64,000 nt of DNA from Pavona decussata. Its lineage: Eukaryota. Shown here one piece after another: positions 24,448-36,250 of this stretch (position 1 is the first letter of the stretch; every line of letters begins with the position of its first letter). The translations under genes and the position numbers were made by a program. Location: the NCBI GenBank assembly GCA_977016875.1, contig CDRNST010000060.1:4402001-4466000 (forward strand), read 5' to 3'. Below the pieces are notes generated by a model. The model did not search any database. It saw nothing but the letters and a program-made list of their open reading frames with translations, and was not told the DNA's origin.

Positions 24448-25819
24448 ACAGTTCAGCCTGACAGAAACTTTTATTGTTATTGCCGAGGACCCCCTCAAAA
24501 TAGATATCTGGAAAGTTCTTGCTCACAGAATCTTCGCAACAAGCCCGGCAGATTGGCTCAGTTGGAATGAGAATGAACCAACGAGATTCCACGTCATCGA
24601 CAGAAAACAAGGAGACCGTGTAGGCGTCTTCACCGCGGAGCCATTCCTTGTTTTCCACCACATCAACGCCTTTGAAAAAGATGGCAAGATTTATCTTGAT
24701 GCTTGTTGTTACCATGACGACTCAGTCATACGTCAGGCATACCTGAGTATTTTGCGCGCCCCTGTGCAACCAGGCCAGAAGAAGTTTGATCTTTCGGAAG
24801 TGCGTCGTTATGAGCTTCCGCTTGGAGAACTGGGCAGTGTGAACGAGGAGAAACCCCTCCACAAGGGAGGGGTCGGGCGAGATTATATTTTGCTGTACCT
24901 GGGGATGGATTTACCGAAAATCAACTACGGGAAGAACAATGGCAAACCGTACAGGTATGTGGAAATATTTTCAGAAGGACTTTACAAACTTGTTAACATT
25001 TGAGGAACAGACTTAGAAACCAGTGAACTTCACACTTACTTCTATACAATTACCACTCTCAGTCAACCCCAAAGCCAGCAATACTTATTTAGAGGAACAA
25101 CAAATTCTTTTGCAGAGGGTAACGACGAAAGTTTCATTAAAGCAAAACAAATTTAGGCTACGTCAGCCATTGCTAAATGTAAGCTCTAAGAAAACAAGTT
25201 GTGCCAAATGACGAGATTTCACGTATGAATTCACTGTAGGCTTTGGAAGTAGTAAGGAGGGTGCCTACTAATACAGAAGTATTTTCGCGAAGTTTATGAC
25301 TATGCGAGAAGAGCAGATCTTATTAAGGGCTGTTGTAATCTAAAAAGGAAAATATATTGGGGATAACTACACATCTGTCAGACGTAATCAAATCAAGTTA
25401 CAATAATTTTTAAAATGCTCCAAAATATGGAACAATCATCGATGTTTAAAATGAAATAAGTCAATTGTATATGTTCATGACCGGTCCATATCACGTACGT
25501 ATGTCCTTGTATCTTTGGCAGGTTTGCATATGCCACGGGGAACTCCGAGCAAGCATTACTTGATAAACTGGTCAAGTTGAATGTGGAGACTAAAGAGTTT
25601 GTTAAATGGGAGGAGTCGAGCGGGTTTGTTTCAGAGCCCGTGTTTGTTAAAGCTCCTGATGGAAAAGAAGAAGATGACGGTGTTGTGTTGTCGTGCGTCA
25701 TCAACGTTAATGACCAGACCACCTCTCTGCTGTTACTGGATGCGATAGAACTCAAGGAGCTGGGGCGAGTTGTGGTTCAAGGAATTATTCCAGCAAACTT
25801 CCATGGCTTTTTTCAGTAG
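24448..25819 (+). pseudogene. Carotenoid oxygenase copy 2, 5'-truncated fragment
   Basis: Starts abruptly at the (H)SF motif mid-exon, fused to A2 upstream DNA. Exon remnants 24448-24954 and 25522-25819 end in FHGFFQ*. Lacks the N-terminal half, including TAHPH. Confidence 0.85.
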
Positions 25820-27610
25820 CACTTGTCGGAAAATTAGTGTGAGTTTTTCGTCTGTGGATTTTCTCTTCTATGTGTGATTGCGTTTTTATTTTTAATGTAT
25901 ATATACCAGCGTGAAAGAAGAAAGAAAGGTTTATTGCGTTCGACGTAGAAAGGACGCACTCCTTATTACGTTTGGAGTCGAGATTGTATGGGACAATAAA
26001 AAAATCAAACGAATGAATGGATCTTGGGACGCGTATATTGCATCCCCTGCAGATTTTTCAGGGGCGGATGACACCATCACCTACTTGGCAAAGGAGAGAG
26101 AGCCTTAGATCGAGATGATCGAACGCACTACCTAAGCTCTGATTGTTATAGTTTCACTGTGATTGTCTTCAACTTGGACCACTTTTTCAAACGATCCTGG
26201 CTTGCTAGCGCGTGCGTTTTCATGTGCTTTCTTCCGTTTCCGGTTGGATTTATCCCTGGGGTTTGTTATAATGTCTGTTATAATGGTAAGGTTTTTGCCA
26301 GGAAGCCTATCTCACTGTTAAGTGATCTTCAAAGATATCCTAGGTTAAAAAGTAATACTGAAATAAATAAAAGATAAAAATAAGAGCAAATAAATTATAA
26401 AAACAGGGTAATAATTAAAGTGCATTGGGATTAATAATTGTCAAGGGTAACTTCACATTTTAATTTTTTTTTAAGATTTGATGTCTCCGTCCAGCGAACT
26501 CCATTTGTTTTTAAACAACAACAACAACAACAACATGTAACAACAACAAATTTTATTTTTATACCACACTGGAATACAGAAGAAATAAATGTAAATACTA
26601 GCTACTTATGTAAGGTATAATGCCACCTAGAAAATAACTAATAAGCTCATCTAGCTTGGAGGCATAACATTAACTATGTATAAATATCAGAAGTAGTCGT
26701 AACAGGAAAGCACACGTATAAAAATAAAGCACACACAAAAGACTTTATGAGTAAAATGGTGAGTAAAGAAAGAAGGAATTGTTGAAAGATTTCACAAAAA
26801 ATTTTTCGATTCTGCTGCTTTGACAAAACATCTTTTATAAAGTGGATTGCGTTTTTTTTTCCCCACATTTCTCCCGGGTATACTTCTTAGCCTCCACATT
26901 TAAACTCGTGTCGATTCCCCTCCTGTAGCCTCGGTATGCAGGTGATCGAGACAACGCAATGAGATATAATGACAGCTCGGAAAGATTTTCTAAATCCTTT
27001 CTTTGTTCTATCTTGACTTGAGCCGGATAAAAAAATCCAAAATAGACCGCTTCATGGACATAGTCACTACACTGAGGTAATTATCTTTGGTACGAGTCTT
27101 GCAATTTTCCCTTATGCCACGCCTTGCTGACCGTGCGCCAGTGCCAGCGTATAAAGCCCTTTGCACTCTTCTCATTTCATGAATCTCCGTTTTCGTGCCC
27201 GCAAATTTTGCTTAAAATGGATAAACGGAATCACCTTCCTTTCTTTATAAGAGAACAGATTCCTCGTAAAGTAAAAAAATCAAAACTTTTCTCAAGTGTT
27301 AGATTTAGAACAGTAATTTTAAGTCGACATAATTTGTGATGGTTGACAAATTTGGCTGTTTCAAATAATAAAAAAGCGTTTTTTTCGTCAGCAGGCTTAC
27401 AAAACTCAGAAAAGTGTAAAACGCGAACGGTAGGAGGTAATTTATGTGCTATTAGTCCGTAACGTAGTAGTAGTATTCCAGTCTTACTGAGTTTTAGGCT
27501 GTAGCATATGCATCTGCTAAGTGCATTGTTTGTATTGTTTGTTCAGTAGTGTGTTCTCTTAAAGGTTATTGAACTAGTGCTGTGGAAACTTATCGGAGTT
27601 GCTTCATCAT

Positions 27611-30600
27611 CTACGCCAAACCATAACATTTGAGCTTTCCTAATGTGTGATAACCTTCTTCGCCTGAGTTATTAAAATCTGCCAGTCTGATTTGCGTCAC
27701 AGGCAGAGCAGACTTGTCTGTCAGCAGACCGCTGTCTGACCTCCAACCACCGGCACTGTTACGACAGTTACACTTCTGACCATTGGAACAAGAGTTTGTT
27801 ACTCCGCATGCGCACATATTACTAGATCCAGCAGCACCTCCCCAGTAGTCCATTTTTCTTCCGTCACGTGACACCCACCAAGCAACCGCCTCTTCAACAA
27901 AGGCTACGTCCGAAGTGCACTCAAACTTGATAAACTGTTCACAGTTCTGTGACATTCGAGTGAGTGCTGCTAGCTGGGCGGTGCCAACTCCAGTGTATCT
28001 CACGTCTTTACGGTAACATCCTGGATTAACACCACATCCAGGAATGTTAGCAAGATGGGTTCTACTCTCACTGTCGTGACTGATGACCGTCACGCCAGCT
28101 CCGCCTTTGTCACTCATGTCACAATACACACGGAAGGGAGCCGCGCCTCCTTTGCCGTCAGGGTCAATCATATAATTACCTGAAGAGCTGCCACTGTTGG
28201 CTGATTTTATGCTGCTGCAGGACACAGAGAATACTTCAACGACAGTAGTTGCCTTAATTGTTCGCCGATAATTCTTTGCCTCACACGTGTAAGACCCAGC
28301 GTCACTTGTGGCCACTTTACTAAGAAGCAAAGTTCCGTTTGAAAAAACAACATGATTTTGTGAAAGAGTTTTTCTGACTCTTTTCCAGACAGTCACAAGT
28401 GAGCCCTGTGCTTCACAATTCAGCATCAGATTGCTAAACTCTGATACAGCATCTTTCAAGGGAGGGGTGAGGGTAAATTTGAGCCTGTTAATCACCGCCA
28501 GTAGTGCTACTGCGGAGTCCTGTCCAAGAAGATTCTCAGCTGAGCATGCGTACGTCCCGCCATCTGCCTTTGTTACATTAAGGATAATCAAATTCCCTTC
28601 AATGACTGTGGTCTTCTCTTTCGGCACGTGGCTCAACGCTTTTCGCCACGTGACCTTTGGTTTGGGCTGACCAGTAGCTTTGCACTGCAGGTTTACGTTT
28701 TCTCCCTCTTCAACTATAACCGAGGAAGGCTTTTGAGTTATCTTGGCACCAACTAAAAGTCAACAAAGAAGAGCTATGAAAAAAAAGATTGTTTTCGTAT
28801 CCTCCATATTGAATTGGAACTTTCTTGGACTTGAGTTTTAACTGGAGGAACCTAGACAAAGGGCTTTTCACATGCACAAGGTTTTTAATATATTCCCCCA
28901 CAAGAACCTCCATTGTAATCTAGATCCAGTTCCATACGGAGAATACTAAATGGCCTATTATCCCTTAATATAAGACTTAAAATAACATTTTCTCTTCGAA
29001 AAAAAAAATATCGAGAGAGCCAAATTGATGAAAGTCTAGCCTTCAACTGACGCTTCAAGTAACTTTATTAGCTATCAACCAAAAACATTTGGCCTGCGGC
29101 ATTTTACTATGTGCCCAGTACTCGTTTATAGGAAAATTTAGCCATCAGCAGCAGTTGCTGATGAGCTTAGTTTGATTAAACTCCGATCTAAAAGGTCAGA
29201 CTGCGAATGTCAAAGACTATCATCTGTCAGAGTCATTTCATTCCCAGGGCCACCTTCTCTACTGGTCATCGACAGAAAGACAGAGGTCTCTGCAGACGTC
29301 ACTGGCGGTTCTAGCCTACACGTAGCCGTACCCATCCCCTGAGGGGAAAGTATGGGGTGTGTACCGCTAAGCGTAGGCTATGGTGACTCAGGCCTGAAGT
29401 TTCCCTAAACCTTAGCAGGCTAAACCCCATTTAACACCCGCGTGCAAATCTAAGATAAAATCTCTCCAAACGAAAAGACGCACAGGATTACAAAATTCAC
29501 TGAGTAGGCCGTAAAATTCCCTCTACACAAAAAGCCTTAAGAAAGCTGCTTCTGTAAATTTTTAGTTGAGATCTGTTAAATTCCTCTATTTACCTTGAAC
29601 AGTTAATGTGGCCGTTGATGCCTTTTTCCCAAGGATATTTTTTGCAACGCAAGTGTACATTCCACCATCTTGTGACGTCACGTCTGTAATCATAAGGCCA
29701 CCGCTTGATTGTACAATTCGTTTATCCATATCCACAAGGAGACTGGAATTCTGTTTCAGCCACGTGACCTGAGGTTTCGGGTTTCCTTTGACCTCGCACT
29801 GAAATGAGGCTGCACCAGTCTGGTTTACCACCACAGGCAGTGGAGGGGACACAATAGAAGGGGCTGAGATGGATTCACCAGAATCGCCCTTCGGTCCCTG
29901 AGGGCCATGGTCACCCCTAGGTCCGGGAGGTCCCTGATCTCCTTGAGCACCTCTTGGTCCCTGTGGTCCCTGAGGCCCTGGCGGACCATGTTTGCCTGGG
30001 GGACCAGGCCTGCCTCGTCTCCCCCTGATACTTTTCGGGCAGTGCGCCGTGCAGGCCAGGCTACTCAGAGCAAGTTGAACTTCCTTCTTGATAGCGTCTC
30101 GAATGATGTTGTCACTGACGTTTTTTTCCTTGTTGTCATTCCCCAGATGGCGTTTGTGACGAATATGGATACCTATGAGGGAAGGATTTATTTATATCAA
30201 AGCATGACAGTCTGGTCTGTAAGCGTAGGCCTTAAACGCCAATGAAATCAGTGAAGATGGTTGTTCTTAGCGCTATAATTGACATTGTGTTAAATAAACC
30301 AGTAAAAACTATGTGGTATTTTGTTACGTAATTTTTGAATTGCTATGCTTTCTAAATTGAAGCTGAGAAGCCCTTAAAATCCAATAGTTTGCAAGGAAAT
30401 ATATTTGCTTCTCAAGCAACTGGAACGATGATAATCAAGAACTTCCTTTACAGTATTCAAGGAAACGTTTGAATTTGTAGTTGCAAGCTAACATCTTCAA
30501 TAAACCAAACAGTTAGTGTTCCTTGAGGTTTTCACATTTTCACAAACGGTAGTCTAGCGGGATGATTTTTTTTATAAAAGATATAAATGAAAATGAAAGG

Positions 30601-31323
30601 TATTTATGGAGGGGTCAAATAACCGCAATGCACGTGAGAGGGGTTTAGTTTGATTTGTATTTTTAGCAATCAGTAATGGGATAAACTGCAACCCATGAAA
30701 GACATTATTTGCTGTCAAGAGTCAAGTTTTTAATTGCAAAGGCAATTACGATATTAAATGGCAGTAGCGAGACACCGATCACAGAAACATTAATTATCGG
30801 CAACCGCTCTTTAAGTGTGGCGTTATTTCATTTGTATACCCTATTTATAAGGAGTGGAAAACCCAGTACTTCAGAAAAAAAAACTCTCGAATATTATCAG
30901 GTTTAGCCGGAGTCTTACACTTGCGCATTAAGGTATTTTTGGACTGTTTAGCCATATCGTGTAAAGGAGATTGAAACGTACGTAAGAGAAACAGCCTGAT
31001 GAGATGTCTGTGATTCTCCCTGCAATCCTCCCTTGAGTTAAAAGCGAAATGTTGATATTCTAAACTGCAACTGAATACTCACCATTTTCCGAGTCACCTC
31101 GCAAGAAGCGCTTCAACAAAGAATCCGCAATCGTCTCGTCATGTACAGTGTTTCGTGGCTCGACTTTTTCTTGTCTTTGTCGATTCAAGGCTTGAAGCAT
31201 TTGTCGATGAGCGTGAAGTTCGATCTCCACGTGAATCAGTGCCACGAAACAAACAGCAACGGAGAAAAATATGGATGAAAACATCACTGTGTTGGAGACG
31301 GGTCGCGACTTTGATTTCTCCAT
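27611..31323 (-). CDS. Gene A3: type II TM collagen-3xIg-fibrinogen-like protein (~653 aa, intact)
   Basis: Exons 31323-31083, 30172-29594, 28752-27611; phase-1 GT-AG introns; RHKR; 2-codon insertion in Ig1; no internal stops seen. Confidence 0.87.
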
Positions 31324-32077
31324 AATAAAAGCTTAAGACTATAAAAACCAGGGAAAGCTTCCAGTTGAGATCTTCCCTGCTCGGTAAAAGCTGTGTTCAG
31401 CTTTGTGTCCAGTGGACGTCTCTTGTCAGTCCAGCTTCTTGGTCCTCTTATCTGACCTTTCTTCCGCTATTCAATAGTGGCATTTTTCCAAAATCTCCGA
31501 GGAGGTCTTTTCCCCATTAGTCGCCTTATTTTTAACCTACAGGAATTCTAATAATTCCGGGAATAAAGACACAGGTCATGTCTACAGTAAACTGTATCTG
31601 TCCGAGTTTATATTTTTGTTCCCGACTTAATTTGTTAGTTTTCAAACGTAATAAATGGAGCGAAAACGAAAGAGAACAATTTAATTGGAGATATCCAACG
31701 AACGTCTTCAAGAATAGAACAACAACCCACTGGATGATACATGGCAAGACGCATGCGCGCATGAGTACTGACTAAGCCCATTGGTAGAACAATGCACTTG
31801 TATCCCGGAGATAAGGGTTAGAATACCTTTCAGTCGTGCGTGATTATTTTCTCATGATTTATTTTCGCTGCTGATTAATTGTGTACATAACTTTAGGTAT
31901 TTCTTTCAATTAGTCCCCTTGTTACCCTTAATAGAGTAATGTAATATAAATTTTTATTTAAACCAACAAACCAGCCAACTACGCATCTGTACGTAGACAT
32001 ATACAGGCGAATCGTTGTTGTATTCAGTTATGAGAGAGTATTGGGACCTGAGCACTAGTGTTTCCATGTATCTGGAG

Positions 32078-32254
32078 AATAGGCCATTTCCGAGTTGCTG
32101 TGAACCTCATTATGAAAGCGAGGCTAAGTGCAAAGCTTTTCATATGAAGATTAGTTTTGTTTGCCTATGAATGAAAACTAATTTTCACAACAAAAACCTT
32201 GCAGTTAGCCTCGCTTTCATAATGAGGTTCACAGCAACTCGGAAATGACCTATT
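32078..32254. mobile_element. Fold-back MITE (duplicate of 8995-9169)
   Basis: Same arms at the same site upstream of A3. Confidence 0.85.
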
Positions 32255-32438
32255 AGATTTGATTCATTCATTTAGGGCTGTTCTAGTACTCTAAGCGATT
32301 AGTTACTTCTACTGTAATTGGTTTCCGTTAATCCTGCTTCTGCTGTATAATTTGTAAATAACTTAATTTGGTTTATTTTGAAATTTTAATTAATGTAATT
32401 TAACAGGAAAGAGCCACCCAGTGGATCTGTTAATGAAC

Positions 32439-32439
<1 letters not shown>

Positions 32440-32486
<47 letters not shown>
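32440..32486. repeat. (ATT)n microsatellite
   Basis: About 15 units seen directly. Confidence 0.95.
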
Positions 32487-33658
32487 CAAACAATATCCAC
32501 AATACACGTGACGAAATCTGAACCGCTTAAGTCATTTGTCGGCCGGTTTAAAATATCGAATAGTTTAAAACCTAATGCCAAAACATCCGTCCCAAGAATT
32601 TCGAAAATGTATAAACCCCGGCTTTTGTTTTGCTGTACCAGTTGCTCGTCGAAAACATCTTGCATTGTAAAAATTGACGACGTCACAAATGGCACAACTT
32701 GCATACCCCTTATAAGCCTCTGCCTATCACATTAAAAAGTCTATTCACGAGATAAATAAATGTCTGGCCAAGTACTGATGTGCTCAGCGGATGGTGAACA
32801 CTTGTTTCCATATGTATATCTCAAACTGACCTGAGACATTTACTTAAATTTACTTTTAGTAAAACTTATTTCAAACTTTATAGTAAAAAAAGGAAAACTT
32901 CAGGAAAGTATTCGCCTCGAACCCGATCGAGTCGTTTGTTTTATTTCTTCTATCCATAACCATTACACCAATGGGACTTGCTGACGAGAATTGTAATTTT
33001 TAACGTCGTATAGTAGCTACCTATCATAATAAATGAAAGCTAACCGTTTTGAAATCAGTCGCTTAACCTTGAATACTGTACATTGCTGCTTAACCCTAAA
33101 ATGGTGTTACTTGCCAGACTGGAGCTCAGTTCTCTGCTAAAAATATGGAGTTCTGTTCTTGTGTATGTCAGTGCTATGAAGATAAGGAATGCCTTATTGT
33201 GTAAACATCATAAGGTGTCCAAGGTCAGTTTGAGATATGGAAACGAGTGTCCCATCAAAAATGGTATTATTGACCATCATTTGCTGGGTCCTTAATCACG
33301 TCAAAAAATGGCCGGCTACAATTAGATCATGATGAGCTATACTGAGAAAATTCTTTCATTTATATCTCTTTATCACGTGATTTATGATAGCCTGATAAAC
33401 ACGTGCGGTGGATATCCGCTACCACGAGTATCAGTTTATGGCCTTCGCTTCGTGTGATCGAGGCACTCGTGGCAATACAATGCTCCTCCAGACCAGTACT
33501 CAATGGCATTACAATCCGCACAGAGGTCTTTGCATTCCTGTAAAGTAACGCCTATTTTGATGAGTCGCCGATTGCTAAAACCACACCATTGGGGTGAGTA
33601 CTCCAACCACAGGGCTAGAAAAAGAAAGAAAACGTATTCAAAAAATTTGGCTGAAATA

Positions 33659-34538
33659 ACTAGAAATACGTGACTCGCAAAACCTCGCGAAGCTGGAGCT
33701 GGGTGGAAAACCCTCTTTACTCGTACTGTAGCATCAAATGAGGAGATTAAAAGGGGCATAGCATTTTTTTTATGAGCATGGTCTTTTCGTAGTTTCCACA
33801 GGCTAGTTTGCGGTTGAAAATCTATTTCTGACGCGACGTACTGTACAACGGGCGTGCAGCGCTGTCGTGTTCGATGAATTTATTTCCCACGGAAAATAAT
33901 TTTAGCGCGGCCACAAACGTGTAATTTCTTCAATGCAATCTTTCACAAAAAAGATTTGTAAAAGAAAGGGAAAATATTCTGGAGAGATAGTTCTGTATCC
34001 AGTGAATATTGATGAACATTGCAGTTGAAATTTGATCATGCACGCATATTTTTTCCGATGTATGCAAATTTTGCTCCACACGACGCCAGACAGTCTGACG
34101 TCATTCTGCGGTTGAAAATCTATTTCTGACGCGACGTAATGTACAACAGGTGTGCAGCGCTGTCGTGTTCGATGAATTTATTTCCTACGGAAAATTATTT
34201 TACCGCGGCCACAAAACGTGTAATTTCTTCAATTCAATCTTTCACAAAAAAACATTTCTGAAAGAAAGGGAAAATATTCTGGAGAGATAGTTCTGTATCC
34301 AGTGAATATTGATGAACATTGCAGTGGAAATTTGATCATGCACGCATATTTTTTCCGATGTATGCAAATTTTTTTCAGACGACGCCAGACAGTCTGACGT
34401 CATTCAAGTGCGGACACCTTCAAAAAAATATATATATATATAAATATATTTTTCGCTCGAATTCGCGTGGCTTAGCTCCGCTCGGGCCGGCTCGGGCCGG
34501 CTCGGGCCGACAAATTTATTAACCTCGCTTCGCGAGGA
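33659..34538 (-). mobile_element. Non-autonomous Helentron/Helitron-like element in intron 3 of B2
   Basis: Can be read as a TSD-free insertion at T^T versus the empty B3 site (~58010). On the minus strand it starts TCCTCGCGAAGCGAGG (hairpin) and ends CTAGT. Sub-terminal inverted repeat CCTCGCGAAGC; (GCTCGGGCCG)3; internal ~298-bp tandem duplication 33809-34106 / 34107-34405. Confidence 0.7.
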
Positions 34539-36135
34539 ACTAAATATTATCACTAACTCACGCACGGAGTTTAGCTCGAATTGAAATGTCTTTAGTCGCA
34601 GTTTAACGGCAATTTTATGGGTATATCAGCGAGAAACCACTTTCATTGTACATTTTGTCCTAAAGTGTTGGTCTGATGAAACAACTGAAAATGTTTTGTA
34701 TTCTTGCCTGTCTAGTGGGCGTTACCAGGGAGGGAATGGTGAGGATAATCACTCTGTGGGAATTGTACTGAAATTGAAATGGCGTAATTTCGAGAAACAG
34801 ACCCCCGCATAGTAGCCCTTAGGCTGCAATATGATTTTAAATTAAAACAAACAATCCATCCATCCGTAGTAACACCTGTCCGACAAAATAGTCTTACAAT
34901 TCAGACATACGTGTCACTAGCTGATATAAACTGGTTTGACTGTATTAAAAACAAAAATAAAGTAAAAAAAAAACAAACAACAAACAAGCAAAAAACTACA
35001 ACAACAACGACAAAACCAAAAGAGATAAAAAGAGGGAAAGAAAAAGTAGTGAGAATAAGGCATACAGCACTGTAATTGGTCAAAAGTGGATTGTATACGA
35101 GACTTGATCACAAACGATGCCATATTAAGGGAAAACCTGTTTGTAATGAGGGGACTGAAATTCCAACACAGTCCCTCACCCCCCTAATTTGAACGTTCTC
35201 TTCAAATTGCAATAAACTGCTCTTGTTTCTCTGACACACTGGTGAGTGATGACCCGGCCACGTCATTATTACGACACCCCTTTTCCACCCTAGAGCACAC
35301 CGAAGCAAGTTATGTCGCCTACAGTATCATACAATTACCTTCTTTCTTGAGCACTTCAAGAACAGTTGTTGCTTCAATGGAACGCTGAAAGTTTTTGGCA
35401 ACGCATGTATAAGACCCGGCATCGTCTTGGGAAACATTCTTTAAATGCAAAGTTCCATTTGGATAAAGAACATGATTTAGAGGGAGGATTTTACCGGCTC
35501 TTTTCCAAACAATCTCTTCTGCACCCAGAACTGTACAATTCAGCATCACATTGTTATACTCTTCCGCAACAACTTTCAGGGGAGGGGTAATGATATATTT
35601 GAGTCTGTCAGTGACCATTACTATGGCGACGGCGGAGTCCTGTCCAAGGAGATTCTTAGCTGAGCATGCGTACGTCCCGCTGTCTGCTTTGGTTACATTC
35701 CATAAGGTAAGCTTCCCATTGATTACTGCAGCTCTTGCTTTTGGCACGTCACCTAATGCTTTTCGCCACGTGATCTTTGGAATTGGCTGACCAGTAGCTT
35801 TGCACTGCAGGCTCACGTTTTAACCTTGTTCAACGATGACAGACGAAGGCTTTTGAATGATCACTGCGCCAACTGCAATTAAAATATTGACACCAAGTTA
35901 AATTGTCTCTAAGTAGGAACGCGTTGGTCTGTTACTCAGGAAAGTCCTCCGTGCTCGTCCGAGTTTCACGCGCCCTCTTTGATCTAGCAGTTTGTACGTT
36001 GGTCTCAGATGAACTCAAAGTCAAATGGCCTTGTTCGCCACAAATGTTTTAGCTGCAGCTCAGTGTTCAGTGTATTCTACCGGAATTCGGAAGGTCACGG
36101 TTTTGAGTAGTAATTTTTCAACATAAATTTGCACG

Positions 36136-36250
36136 TCATCATCATCATCATCATCGTCGTCGTCGTCATCGTCATCATCACCAATATCGTTATTAGTATT
36201 AATTATCATCATCATCGTCATTATCACTATTATCATTATCATCATAATTA
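36136..36250. repeat. (CAT/CGT)n low-complexity tract in type-B intron 2 (also ~12122-12220 and ~59602-59727)
   Basis: Seen directly in all three B genes. Confidence 0.9.
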
